NCBI RefSeq assembly: GCF_000143415.4
Contig: NW_003314299.1
Location: forward strand, 730,229-794,228
Length of the DNA stretch: 64,000 bases
DNA from: Selaginella moellendorffii
Taxonomy: Eukaryota > Plantae > Lycopodiophyta
Reading direction: 5' to 3'
A program made the translations under genes and the position numbers. Within the stretch, counting starts at the first letter, position 1, and each line of letters starts with the position of its first letter. Shown piece by piece: positions 1 to 13,293 of this stretch. Below the pieces are notes generated by a model. The model worked only from the letters and a program-made list of their open reading frames with translations. It had not been told where the DNA came from and ran no database searches.

Positions 1-2930
1 GTCGCTAAACTCCGCCCTTGTCCACTCAAACCTGTGGTCGTCGTTTCTAAGCCGGACAGTTTCGTCACCCTCTGCCTTCTTTGCGTCTAGAGTTTCCTCT
101 AAGCCTTCGCTCTTCTCCTTTCTAGTTACTATACCGTGGAGGATTGGATTGTACTCGATGTTTGGAGTCGACACCAGCAGTACCTTCGGTTGCATTATCC
201 CAAGGATGCTCTTCCCGAACCTTGATAACGGTTCCGGATCCATATGCTCGACCACCTAGAAAATAACCAGCAGAAAGAAAAACTGTGTATAATGAAACAC
301 TTGCATTACCTCTAGGCAAGTTGCAACGTCAAAGTTATGGAGCCGGTGATCTGGCTCCACAATCGAGCCTTCATACAACGTCACGCTCTCCAGGGCACCA
401 CGGAGTTTCGCTAGCTTTCCTTGTAGTGACTACAAAAGCACCAAAGTTAGATTGGAAAAACCAAAACGTAATACGTTTGGTACCTTCGATGCTCTTGTGA
501 GGCTTCTCAAGGAGATATCCACACCGACTATATGCTGCAGGCTGTTTGGCTGTTCTACTATAGCTTCCAAAAAGCTCCCTGATCCACACCCAAAGTCGAT
601 CTAAACAAACCACACTAAGCATTCATCATTAGCAAAATAGAGATGGCTTACCAAGGATAAAGCTTGCGACCGTTGGAAAAGCTCAAGCGCAAAATCGATG
701 CGCTGTCTCGAAAGCGGCGGTGAAAACACGGCGGACTCCATCCTGGCTTCGGCAGCCTCCACATATTTTAGCAACGAGACGGTGTACTCCAGAGACAAGC
801 TCCCTGAAAAAGAAACAAAAAATAAAAAAGTAAAAAACATTCGTATCACTAAAAAATTCAGGGAGCCAAAATTGTCAAAGTACCTGGAAGAACATCGTGG
901 AAAAGAGCTGCGTCGACCTTCTCAGTAGCCAGCAGCAAATCGACGGACGGCAAAGGCGTAGAGAAGCGAGCACTCTGACCAACACACATGCCAGTAACAC
1001 ATGTGTCGAGAAGGCCAAGCACAGCCCCACTGCCCAGTTCGAACTCAATGTCACTTTGCTTCTCTACATTTATAGCAACAGCCCCGACACATAATCTGGC
1101 ACTGTACTCCACATGAACCATGGAGCCGATAGGTGGCCTGTCGCAAGTCTTCTCTTCTCCTTCCGTAACCTCAAAGAGAGCCTGCCTGCTTGTTTCATCC
1201 TCACCGGAGCTTTGGTTCGAGCTACTCATGAGATGAGCGAGTGAAGTGTCGAAGTAGAGCAATGCTTGCAAACAGGCGCTCTGTATTGCGTCGTTGCGGT
1301 TCCTGTATGACCTCTCGGACTCGAATTCCCGCGGTGCACCACACACGAGCATTCTCAGCTTGCACAGAAACGGTCCTTGCGCAGCGTTTACGTTGCCATT
1401 GTTCTCGGCTTGATCTGTCTGGTCCGAAGTATCAGCTGTGCAACCGTGATCTTCATATCCGGCGCATGAGTCGTTTGAGTCTCCTTTGACGGGGTAAGAG
1501 CAGAACGTCGGAGCCAGAAGGTGAGACTGGTGGCAGAACTCGTTTAGCAGAGACCGTGGCGTCGAGCCTCTCCACCTCGATTTTGATGTGAAAGTCGGTG
1601 GAAGTTCAGCCGTCAAAAGAGCCCCTCTCGAAAGCTTGTAGCTTCCAGATGGAGATTTTCCAAGAGCTAGCCTGGTGAAAGTGTTAGTTCACTAAATAAG
1701 TTTGACTTTCAGAATGTACCTGTAGTAGCACCCCAACGACACGTCGTCGTAGCAAAGGCGACCTTCGGACTTCCAGGTAGAGCCGACAGCAGCGAGAATA
1801 GCATTACCATACACAGAATGGCTAGTAAGCGTACTTGCCCGCATATTTACTCCTGAACTCTTATCATCTCTTTCAGCAAGGCGCCAAAACAAACGAGTCC
1901 CAGAGGGAGCCTTGGTAATAGATCTGAAAAACACAAAGTCAGACCGAATAAGGAAACACGTAAGAAAACTTCTATACCTCGAGATTAGTACGCGAGCACC
2001 ATCGTCGATGCCGAGCTGACGTGCTAGAACATCCATGTAGTAGTCACTCGGATCGATATTTATCCGTATAGCAGAAACCGTCCGGTCGAGAGCAAATGGT
2101 ATGTAGACCGCATCAAAGTGAATTTTCTCGGAGGCAACTGAAGCTTCTGTTGTCTGTTCCAGCAGTCCACTCTTAACGTGTGCTGGAAATGGCTCCACTC
2201 TGCTGATCCACATGTTAGCATCACAGGCCAAGACTGACGACCCCTTAGCTGCCTTATAAACAAGCTCTAGTGCGCGGGCTGGATTGCCATCCGAGATGTT
2301 ATCGAGAGCCTTGCACATACTGATGATTTTCGTATCCAGGGATGCGAGAACAGTGGCTGGCACGGGTGCATGACTCTTGCCCCTACGGACAATGGCTGCT
2401 CTAAAGTGCTCCATCAAAGGCTTGTAGTTCAACACACACTGCACTAACACTACAACAGCATAAACCCGGATGCCTCTAAAACGCGTAGCGTAGTTTGAAA
2501 CAGGAGGAAGGACTCACCTCGTTGGAGAAAGCCGTTTCAATCCGAAGCTTCAGTTCGATCCAGACTTCCTCCGACGACTTCATGGTGCTGAAAGCAGCAG
2601 CCACGCTTTCGAAAGGCGTACCAATCTACAAAAACGAAAGCCAAGTCTTTAGAAAAATGAAACAAAGATACAAAGAGAAACGAGAAAACAAAAGAATGTT
2701 ACCTCATGCAAGGCCTTTCGTGCTGCGTCCTGCTCTGCATCTTTCTTTCGCCTACAAGGCTCCGAGACGACGACTGTTCCATTTGGAAGCTCCACTTTGC
2801 AGTAGAATGTGGATCCAGACTGTAGCTTCGGCGTTGGACAACCAGGAGGCCTCCCAGATAACGTAAAATACCGCGGTTGCCCATCGGAGGCACTATAGAG
2901 CTGATTAAGTCGGGCCTTCGGCGTGGTCAT
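1..2930 (-). CDS. HEN1: Small-RNA 2'-O-methyltransferase HEN1, multi-exon, 3' end beyond position 1
   Basis: ATG at 2930 with dsRBD1 (TPKARLNQ...KKDAEQDAARKAL). dsRBD2 (TPRSLLNEFCHQ), FKBP-like domain (EFELGSGAV...GMCVGQSARF), MTase motifs PPLSRQR, DFGCGSGS (~590-605), VGVDIS, LYEGSI, VEHM, VSTPN.EYN and RNDDHRFEWTR (1-50). GT-AG introns, e.g. 2702-2626. Confidence 0.95.
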
Positions 2931-3818
2931 GGCTGTAGTGAAGCCACCTAAACTTATAACACAAACAAAAAAGTTAGCAACTTTGATCGTAGCGAAGGGA
3001 GAAAAATCTTAAGATGAGAACATGAGAAACAAGAACAAGCAATCAAAACAAGTTTTTAAAAAAACGAAAAAACGAAAAAACAAAACAAAAAAATAAAAAA
3101 AAACGCTTACTGCAAGAGAATCAGCTAGAGACCAAATATATGCAAAAATGTGGCAGATTTACTACGCTAGAGCGCTCGATCTAGATCAAAACAATCGCAC
3201 AAGAGCTTGAGAGAAGACAATGAAGGAAACAAACCCTATGCAACAGCACTGGCGGGGAGAATCGAGCTAAATAAATACACAAACGCGCAGGGAAATCGAG
3301 AGACGCGCCACTCAGCCTTACCAATTCCCGCCAGGTGCTGGCGCTTTGCTTCAGCTCCAATCCAGCGCCATTCACGAAACGCTCCAATTCAGCTTTAACA
3401 GGCGTAAAGAGCGGAAGAACCCTAGAAGACCGTACGAATCCAGCGCGTGGTTGTACGGCGACTACGTGGCGCCCCGCCATTGCTCGGAGTTTAAAACGTC
3501 TCGTCTCGCATCAAGGTGATGACCCATCACTTTCGCTTCCACCAAACGGCCCAACCACCGTACGTGGATTAGCTAGCGGAAGATCGACGGCCCAGATTAA
3601 ATCGCTAGTCGAGGAGTGAGAGAGGGCTAGGGTTCTTCAGGGGAACGAAGCGCTCGCACCGCTAGGTACGTGGAATCCAGCTGCCAGCTCGACTAGATCG
3701 AGCAAAATCTCAGGCCAGATTGGAGCGCCAGCAAGAAATTTCTTCCAGATCGAAGCGCTCGACGGCAAGACCGAAGAGCCAGCGGGAAATTCCTGGAATG
3801 GACTAGAATCTAGCCGGG

Positions 3819-6355
3819 ATGGAGGTCCAGCGACGAGAGCGCGACAAACCGGCAGCGATTGGAGCAATGCAGGTGGAGCTGGATGACAAGGAGGATAGAT
3901 CTACCACAGCGAAGCCGGCGCCGATGCACGTCCAGCGCCGCGATCGCGACAAGAGCGATGGATTCGGGAATGGGGTAGCGTACAAGGTCGTGGAGACGAG
4001 ATCCGACGACGATATCAGCGGGATGAATCCAGAGGCGCCTGATACCCAGGCTTCTTCTGTGGGGAGATCTTGGCCGGAGTTCGTGAGCTCTCCAGGGGAT
4101 TTCTTCGCCAACAATCCCACCAAAGCCTTCCTCGTCGCGGCATTCTTTCTCAGTGTGTTGCTCCTGGTGCTACTCAGTCGACAAGGAGGTGGTTCTACGC
4201 TGTGTGACGAGGCCAAGCCGGAGGTTCTCACGTATCCCAGCGTCAACTTTGGGAGAGTCCATCACCTCAAGGACAAGGCTCGCTTTGCTGCCGTGAAAGC
4301 GGAGAATTGGATCGTCCTGTGTGTGACCGGGGCTCCCACGGACGAGGTGAGAGGGATGGTGAAGCTCCAGGGGTGGCAAGTCTTGGCTATAGGCGACACT
4401 GATACTCCAGCGGACTGGCTGGTTCCAGGGGCGATCTTTCTCTCCACCGATTTGCAGACCACCTTCCGGTATAGGATCACTTCGCTGCTGCCTTACAACT
4501 CCTACGTCCGGAAGAGCATCGGCTACCTCTTCGCCATCCAGCATGGAGCTGTGAGGATCTACGACGCTGATACGCACTCAACGTTTCTAGCTGGTGGCCA
4601 TCTTGGGAAGTCGTTTGATATCGAGCTGAGCCCGAGGAAGACGCTGTTGCAGTACAAGGCGAAGAACAGGACGCTGGTGAATCCTTTCATCCACTTTGGA
4701 CAGCGTTCCGTGTGGCCTCGCGGGCTCTCGCTCACGTCGGTTCCAGACATCGCTCCGGAGTTTTACTACGATGAAGTTTCTGGAGGAAACCAGTTCATCC
4801 AGCAAGGAACAGGCAATGGACTTCCCGACGTTGATTCTATCTTCTACCACACCCGGAGGCTTGCAGGGGAGCCGATCAACATTGAGTTCGATCATCTGGC
4901 TCCGGAGGTGGCTCTCCCGCGTGGAACTATGGCTCCTGTGAACTCGCTCAACACTTTGTTTCATGAGCAAGCGTTCTGGGCGATGATGCTTCCAGTTACC
5001 GTGCACACTGCCGTTTCGGACGTCATCAGGGGATACTGGGCACAGAGGCTCCTTTGGGACGTTGGTGGTATCGTCGCTTTCTATCCTCCTTCAGTGCATC
5101 GGCTCGACACGCTTGAAGGCTCGACGTTTGGGGACGAGGAAGATTTACTACATGACTGGGGGCAGCTTATTGATTTTCTCAAGTCGTGGCACTCGAGCAA
5201 GAGTACGTTCTTCGAAAGAGTTCTCGACTTGAGCTACGAGATGGCGAAGAACGGTTTCTGGTCTGGACAGGACTTGGCTCTCACCGTTGCTTGGCTTCAG
5301 GACCTTGTGTCAGTTGGCTACAAACCGCCAAAGCTGCAACCTGTGGAGAACACGATCAAGGGATCAAGGCAGTTTCTACCTCAGATCCTCAAGCCTGTTT
5401 ATTCTGGCGTTACTGATGCGGTCAGTGTCGAGAAAGAGATGGGCCATCTCCTCAAGTGGCGAAGCTCTTCCGCCAATATGGTTTTGATACTGGAGTGCGA
5501 CTGGCCTCGCAGGTCCAACATACCGGTTTGGCGAATGCTGTATGGACGCCTGTTCAAGCACGTCGTGGTGATATCAACGGAGGCTGATTCCACGCTGGGA
5601 ATAGACGTTGGAGGCGGATGGCAGGCATACTCGTAAGTAACTTTTCATTTATTTTCAGTTGTTCTAATCGATGGCTTGTGACGCAGATCGTTCCCTGGTA
5701 TATTTGATAAGTACCCCGAAGCAGCCGGTTTTTTATACCTGAAAGATCACGTTGTTTTCAATTACTGGAACATGCAAGGAAACAACAAAAAGTTGTGGAC
5801 AATGCATGAGGTAAGTAGTATATCGGCGCAAAGAAACGCAAAGAAGAAGCATTGGATTTACGTACTTTGGTGTCATTGCAGGTAAAGTCGTCCTGGACAG
5901 TCCACAGTTTCAACGAGACGGGCACCATCTGGTTTCTCAAGAGCAGCATCAAGAGAACAGTGACGAAGACGATATACAACCTGCCCGACAAGCTCAAAGC
6001 GACCTACCGGGAGACAATGGACGACACTAAATTCATCCACAGCTCCTCCGACTTTTTCTACATTCCCAAGCGACTGGTGGACGATTTCAAGGACCTGGCA
6101 TCCGTGGGCGTGCAGAACAAGCTCGCGCACGAGCTCGCAATGCCGCTCTTCTTCCTGGCCATGGACCGGCCCTCCCAGTTCGACAGCCGCGCCTTCGCTA
6201 AAGTTGCCTACGTTCCAGGCGGTGAAGACCCGACGTCCCACTACTCCATCGACTTGAACGTCCTGTATCCGTGGACGGCCGCGACGGAAGAAGATTTGTT
6301 TCACATCATCAAGGCGCTGTCGGTGGGAGATCACCTTCTACTGGCAGTTTTGTAG
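3819..6355 (+). CDS. STL: STELLO-like (DUF288) probable glycosyltransferase, Golgi type II membrane protein, 3 exons
   Basis: 605 aa ORF with TM helix then GWQVLAIG, YVRKSIGYLFAIQHGA, NPFIHFGQRSVWPRGL, DVIRGYWAQRLLW. Introns ~5633-5687 and ~5811-5881; stop 6355. Confidence 0.9.
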
Positions 6356-6557
6356 TAGCAGCGCGTGCAACAGGGTATTGTATATCACGAACTACGAGTG
6401 CTTCCTCAAAGGTACCTACATATATTTTTTTCACAAGACGGTCTAGACTTTCGTTGGATCGAGCAGCAGTAGCACCCGAGGTAAAAAACGATTTTTTTGT
6501 TTTTGGATGTCCTCTTAAAACTCTCTTTTGCTGCAGTAGTGACAGGGATTTCGCGGA

Positions 6558-7187
6558 TCATGAGATCGTAGACTCATCATCTCTAACGTTTTCACTTGTA
6601 ACAACACCGCTGGCTCCGGCATCCTCCTCGCGTTCTTCCTGGTACTTTTCCTTGTCGCCACCATCTCTCTCACTGTGTTCTTCCTCATCCTCGCTTTCAG
6701 GAGCCGCTTCGTCGGAGAAGAGGTAGCCGAGCCCCTCGACAAGCAGCGCCGGGCCCCCGGACATCCGCCGGACGCTCAGCTGCGTCTCCTGGACCCAGCA
6801 GCGCGGCCACACGTCCCAGTCGAGCCGCGCCTTCTCCGCCTCGAGGAAGTCGTGCGCCCGGCGCCACGACTCCCTGAAAGGCATGGACAGCGCGGCCATG
6901 TCCCTGGCGATCCTCGACAGCCGCTCCACGCCATCGTCGTCCAGGCAGGCGGAGCCGTCCTCTAGAGCTCGCGCCAGGGCGTGCGAGTAGGCCATCTCCT
7001 GGTTCGTGTAGACGCACTCGGCCTGGGGGGGAGAATGCTGGTTGCGCGTGGCTCTTGGGCGGTGCTCGAGCGTGGAGAGGACAACGTAGACGGCGGTGGT
7101 GGTGGAATTGGAGCTGCCGGGGATCGCTGGTGCTTGCTCTTGCCTGCTGTTCGATGATGATCCAAGCCCATATCCATACGAAAGCAT
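6558..7187 (-). CDS. Hypothetical 209 aa intronless protein with acidic C-terminal tail
   Basis: ATG-started, GC-rich coding-like ORF. No family recognised. Clear promoter-like motif cluster upstream. Confidence 0.55.
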   Translation of the reverse strand: MLSYGYGLGSSSNSRQEQAPAIPGSSNSTTTAVYVVLSTLEHRPRATRNQHSPPQAECVYTNQEMAYSHALARALEDGSACLDDDGVERLSRIARDMAALSMPFRESWRRAHDFLEAEKARLDWDVWPRCWVQETQLSVRRMSGGPALLVEGLGYLFSDEAAPESEDEEEHSERDGGDKEKYQEEREEDAGASGVVTSENVRDDESTIS

Positions 7188-7263
7188 TGCAATCGTGCTG
7201 CCAAGACGCTCATCTTTGCCTGACCTAATTCTTCGCGCTTTGGCGCCTTTTTTTAAAACGGCC

Positions 7264-7326
7264 GAATATACTTTTGAAGAATATTCTTAAAGAATCTTAA
7301 CACGAATATTCCTCTCACGAATATCC
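7264..7326. promoter_or_regulatory. Cluster of four P1BS (GNATATNC, PHR1-type) elements
   Basis: GAATATAC 7264, GAATATTC 7279, GAATATTC 7304, GAATATCC 7319, plus AGAATCT at 7291; 77-139 bp upstream of the ATG at 7187. Confidence 0.75.
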
Positions 7327-7482
7327 TTGGAGATTTTTCGATTTCTCGATCGCTTCGAATTCCTTTCCGTCTTTCTATGATCTATGGTGGACTCGAAACT
7401 TGATAAATGAATGAGTCACGACGCATGACGCTCGAAAGAATTGAGTGTAGAGAATAGAAGGGAATCGGTACCTCGCTGGAGA

Positions 7483-9864
7483 TCAAGAGTCTTGCCACAA
7501 GCCGTGGAAGCCGAACGGGAAACTGTATTCTCTTGGAACCTCCACCTTGGCCACGAGAGCGCCCCTTGCACCAATGCGACGCGCGTCCAGGATCACCAAG
7601 TAGCGTCTCTCGTCCACAAACGAGTACTGAGAATGGAAGAGCAAAGCAGAATGATTAGAGCTTGTTCAAGCACTTTGCTTGGGCGTAGAACTTTACCTGG
7701 ACAAAGATCACGTAACCATCGTCTTCGCCACCTTGGGAGCTCTTCCTCTTGACAAACTGTGGCTCTCCAACAGCACACCTTTTCCCGGCCCACCATGACG
7801 ATGCTCGGCCGCTTGGCCCGTGGAGCTTCGTGATGCTGTCCATTGGAAAGCTCGAGAGGGTCTTGCGCCGGCCTGAGTTTGTGGTAGCGTACGTGAACTC
7901 GTTCTTGCCACCCGAAGCTGTGGAGTTTATAACCGGGAAGTCCGTCGCGAAGTTGGCATTCTTGAATCGTTCCGACTTTTGCAAGAGGATGCTGTCATCG
8001 AGATTGCTGACGTCCACAGTCACTCGGTGCATTCTTGGAGAGTGTAGCTGCTCCGGCATGAACTTTGAGGAGGAAGTGTTGTTCATGCAGCCCGGATCCA
8101 TATGCTGTTCTTGCCACTTGTATCCTGGAACAAGAAAGAGAGGAAACTCAGCACTATTTGATATATAAGAGCTTACAAACTCACCAAATATGCTGTTTAG
8201 AGAAAACCACTTGTAAGAGCTGAGGCACGCATCGACGACGAATCTAATTTTGTGGCCCCCCTCCAATGTTTCTTCGCTTGCGTTGGCAAAGTGGGTCACC
8301 CAAAGCTGGCCCGGAATTTTAGCAGGCACAGTCCAATCCCGTCCGTTTCTCTCGTCGAATCGAGGAAGCATATACAAGGGACTGTATGTTGTTGATTCGT
8401 CCACTGCCAAGCAGTTTATCATGGGAGAAAGGCCCGCCATTGCAGTGAGTGAACCTACATTCAAATACAAACAGGATCTTACTTTGTTTCGAATGAAAAG
8501 AAGAATGGACTTACTGCCAACATCGAGCGTCACCCTGTTGCCGAGAATGACATAGTGCTCGTCAGTAAGAACCCAGTCGTGAACCATTAACTGATCGTTG
8601 AGAAGAAATTCCTTACGTTGTATCAGCTTGAAGTCTGCATCAAATTCTACACAAGTAGAACAAAAACACATTAATACCTCTGACAAGAAAGAATGTTTAT
8701 CGTACCATAGGCAGTGAATGTCGCCTTCGGTAGCACCATATCTTCAGCATTCGACGTGATCACCACAAGTCTTTGCCTCCTCTCGTCAATCTTGAAGTGA
8801 GCCAAAACTCTCTCTTTTGGCATGTTAAATCCTCCTGCAGGATAAAAGGTTAATAAGCGATCAGCATGCTAGTATAAAATACCTGTCAGTATGGGAAGCA
8901 GGGCCCTGGCACACAGATCCAGCGCTACAGAGCTTTGCAGTCTATCATCCTTTCCCGATTCTTCAAATGGAAGTCTGCATGGAAACGAAAACATTGGGTT
9001 GGAGCTGCAAAGTTGGTATGAAATCACCTGAAAGTTCCAATGGTTTCGAGGGTGTCCTCGTCGACTTCGTAAGGCTCACCTCCTTCCCAAAGACACAAGA
9101 GTTTGCCTCCCCATTTCAACACGCTGGTATTTGCGACGTTCTTCATCACTTTGAAGTTGCCAATGCGGTGGCCATGTCTTAACAGGGAAAAGGGCCCCCT
9201 GTATTGAAACTTCCATGAGCGAGACTCCTCGTCGAATTCTTCTTTCATCGCTTCCGTTCTCACATATCTGAGGATAAGATCAACACCAGAAAAAAATGCA
9301 ATCCAACGACGAACCTTGCCGAGTATTGCACAAGATCTCCATTGCCAAAGTGAAACTTTCTCAGGTATCCATGACCGTCGAGAGGACTTACGCAGGATCC
9401 ATGATCATCCGCCCTGAGACCCGGACCACAGAGATAGTAGGACCCTTTTAAATCGCTCGGAATTCGTCCCTCCACGACTTTGAGCCGGACTGGATCCTTA
9501 ACTTCAGCTCGTTGCGAGCCAAAAATCCTCTGGTAATCCCAGAATGCATGCACGTCTTCGATTGCTGGCTCTCGAATTGTCACTTCTTTGCTACTCGGAG
9601 GACTCACTGTCCTGGGAAGTGTCATGACACCTTGCGGAGCGGTAGCGAAGGAACCTGCAAGAACAAAAGTTCGTATCAGAGACAATGTGTCCAATCGTTT
9701 GCACAAAGCTTCCACTCACTGCTCGGCTTTGCAGAGTCTACTGACGCCGATGAAGCGGCTGCTGGTCGAACTACGAGTCGTCTCTGCGAGCGTCGTTGCG
9801 AGCAAACCAAAGGGACCTGACATAACAGCTCGAGCGCTCTTAGTTTCTCGAGCTCCAAAGCCAT
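7483..9864 (-). CDS. CCD7: Carotenoid cleavage dioxygenase 7 (MAX3/D17 orthologue), multi-exon, with transit peptide
   Basis: AFWDYQ..F.SQR, YYLCGPG...DDHGS.VSPLDGHGYLR, KVMKNVANTSVLKWGGKLLCLWEGGEPYE, MVHDW, GEPQFV...EDDGY, C-terminal FPFGFHGLW* (TGA 7483-7485). Confidence 0.92.
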
Positions 9865-10328
9865 AGCCTGAAGCTTTTAGCCTCGACAAAGTTTGAGACT
9901 TAGCTTGTACCCGAGGAGACAAGATGAAAGAAAAGACAGTGCAAACTGCGAAGTTAGCGATGCTAACAATACGACGAGCTAAGTCTTTGAGCATATTAGC
10001 ATATTAGCATACATACAGGAATATAGAATCATAAAGTTAGAACCTTCCAAGTCATACAAATCCAAATTTTAACAGTAGCCCGGAGCACAAAACCTTCGTT
10101 CATGCTCGCCAATAACAAACAAGCCAACAGGATCTCCCAAGCCAATATGATTTTATCCTTTTTTCATGGGCGGCCAACTCAACTTGGCCACCTTCTACAT
10201 CAAGCGCCTGTCTACATTATAAAAAAAAAAGAAGAGAAACATAACATAATCCGTGGAAAGAATCGACGAACGAGCGCCAAAATCTTACATCGTTTCGATG
10301 TATCCTTTTGTTTACCTCCTAGTTGCTG

Positions 10329-13293
10329 TTACCACACGTCTCTCAAATAGCGGCCATCCATCTGGAGCTTTTTGACAAAAGCCTCTGTTTTGGAGCTGTC
10401 CAACGAGCCCTGAGATAAAAACGGGAATAAAATCAGGGACAAAAACATTACGAGGAATGAAATCCGGCACCTGTTCCTGGACTATCGTGTGGAGTGTGCG
10501 GTGCACGTCCTTTGCCATTCCTTTTGCATCTCCACAGACGTAAATATATCCATCGCCGGAGATTATATCCCACAACTGGTTTGCCTGAGAAAAGCGCGAC
10601 AGTCACGAAACACTCCCCCATTTACGTTTTCTCATACCTTCTTCATCATGATGTCCTGCACATACTCTTTCGTCGGGCCTTCCCTTGAGAATGCTACGTA
10701 CAAATCTGTGATAACGCCCGTCTCCCGGTATCTTGCAAGCTCCTCCTCGTATATATAGTCCTGCGTTGCAAGGTAGGAATCGATTACAGCTTAAAAACTC
10801 CAGCCAAGCTTACTTGTTTCCGGTTCCTGCAGCCGAAATAAAGAATCGCAGTTCCCAGCTGCTCGCCAGATTCTTGGAGGGCAGCCCTTTCCTGTAGAAA
10901 AACATGGTGCGCTAAATGATTTATGACGAAAGACGCTTGCTCACCTGCAAAAAACCTCTAAAAGGAGCTAAGCCTGTTCCAGGTCCAATCATCACTATAG
11001 GAACAGTGGACTTTGACGGCAACTTGAACGTAGATTGCCTGACAAAAATACGTGACCAACTGCAGTCATTTCCTGTTTCTTCCGACGATTTTGCATGCTG
11101 TCCACATGTAAACACGTGAATAAGAAACAAGAGAGAGAGAGAGAAAAAGACAAAGATCTTACTTTCATCCATGTAGAACAAACACCTCGATGTAATCGAC
11201 CAGTTGGACTTTTTCCATACACTAAAGCAGAAGTGACATGTATCCGACTCGGCGAAAACCTGCTCCAGATCATTAAGACAGTAAAAGTGAGAGAAAGACT
11301 TTCGTACCTGGGAGACGATGAAATGGAGTAGTATCTCGGTTGCAACCGGGCCCCTACCGCAGCAAAGAAGACACCAATGGGCAATTTTACCGATGGAAAA
11401 TCTTGCAAAACTTCAATAAGACTTCTCTGGCTTGCAGCAATATATTGAGAATATTCGTCCTGTAGCCACAAGTTAGTAAAATAAGGAGTAAAAGTTTGGA
11501 AACACACCTTTCCTTGTGGCGACTGCAAGTGTTTCAGTCGCTCTTGCTCCTCCGGATCGGAGGCATAGGCAGCAAGAACGGAAAGTACTGCCTGAAGACA
11601 ATCAACACGTTAGAAGAGAGGCAGAGAACAGGTAGTTACCTTTCGAGGAGGATTTTGCAGATCGGTATGCTGTTGAAGAGCCGCCTTCATTGTGATCGGC
11701 CCCATGAAAGGAGGAGGCACACCTGAAAGGGGTGAGCCATCCTCGTTGTCACCGTGCAGTGTGAAGATTGTGTCTAGCGAATATCCAAGTACTTTAGCCG
11801 CCTCTTCTACAACATCATCTTGGTTTTCAGCAAAAACTCCCACGTGATCCCCAGTGAGATATCTGTTCGTTACAATGAGACAAAAACTAAACCACATATA
11901 TAGGACTTACGTCAAGCCAGTGTAAGAAATATCGAACTCCAAGTGAGTGCACGAGCGATCCGATAAGGGCGTGTGAAGCTCACGCCGGACAGCAACAGGA
12001 GATCTGCAAGTATCGCTAGTGAGAAGCACGGACAAAAACAAACAGTTTGGTAGATTCCTACCTGATAGGATGGCTTATGTCACACAGAGATTCGCCGTTC
12101 CTTGCGACCTTCTCATAAGCCTTTGTGCCTCCTTCGTGAATAACCACACGATATTCAGGAATTGCAGCCATGTAAGGAGTCGCAGAGCCGGTTTCATCTT
12201 CGCTACGCAGTAGCACATCAAGCTCGGGCCACAATTGCTCACGCCTAAGCAAACGAAAAGATAAGAAACGAATGCTAATTCAGTGACATGTTTACCAGGC
12301 CGTAAAATCATCCTCAATACACTGATCATCGTCACCAAGACCGCATTTCAGTAGCCGCTTTGCACCTGCATTGCAGAAAGTTTTGAGGAAAAACTAAAAA
12401 ATACCATCGTATGATATACCTTGCTTCTCCAATGCTTCGTCGACTTCAACTGCAACCTGCAAGGACGGTAACGATAAAGATTATGCTCGCCAAACAACGT
12501 AAACTCGCATACCTTGTTGAAGTGCTCATATTGCCTGTTTCCTAGACCAAAAACCGCGTAACTTAAGTTTCCCAGCCACGGTTCTTTCTCTTCCCCCTGA
12601 AAACGGAACACCAAAATTTCGATGACACGTACGTACAAGGAAGTCTCAAATACCTCGACAAACCATTTGTAAAAGCGAGCAGCATTATCCGTCGGTTCTC
12701 CATCGCCGTATCTAAAATGCATCAACAAGTAAGAACACCTGGCAACTTCGTGGAAGAACTTACGTGGCCAGCACAAAAATCACAAGCGTCTCCTTTCTCA
12801 ACTTCTGCTCGTACATGTCATCTTCTGGAGCGTATTCATCCTGCCAGATAAAAACATCAAATGAATCTCAATCTGATAACACTCGGCCAAAATAATTATC
12901 TCACCAAATCTACAAGCTTGAGCACGACCTTCGAGTTGTCATACCTTGTCTTCGCTTCTTCTACGATAGCCTGCCAAGAGTTCTCAGTCCATCACAACAT
13001 CACAAAGAAAAAAAGAGAGAAAGAAAGACCTTGGCAAAGCCTTCGGCAGTCCCTGTTTGGGTACCGAAGAAAACAGAAACTTTCTTCTTGTCGGGATCGT
13101 CGTCCTCGGGTTCCACTTCAATCGTTGGCTTTTTAAACATCTTCTTCTCTTCCTCCTTCTTGGCCGGAGCATTCCTCCAGAACAACAAAACGATCGATAC
13201 TATCAAGGCACTGGCGGATACCGCCAGCACCAAAACCAGCGACGACACATCGGACAGGAGAACCGGGAGTGACTCGAGACCGAACGATCCCAT
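10329..13293 (-). CDS. CPR: NADPH-cytochrome P450 reductase, many exons
   Basis: N-terminal TM anchor, [92 protein letters not shown]. Confidence 0.96.

Noticed and set aside
7200-7224. TGCCAA...TTTGCCTG beside the P1BS array, reminiscent of a miR399 target mimic (IPS1-like)
   Set aside because: Only the ends match; the central pairing is too poor to support the call.
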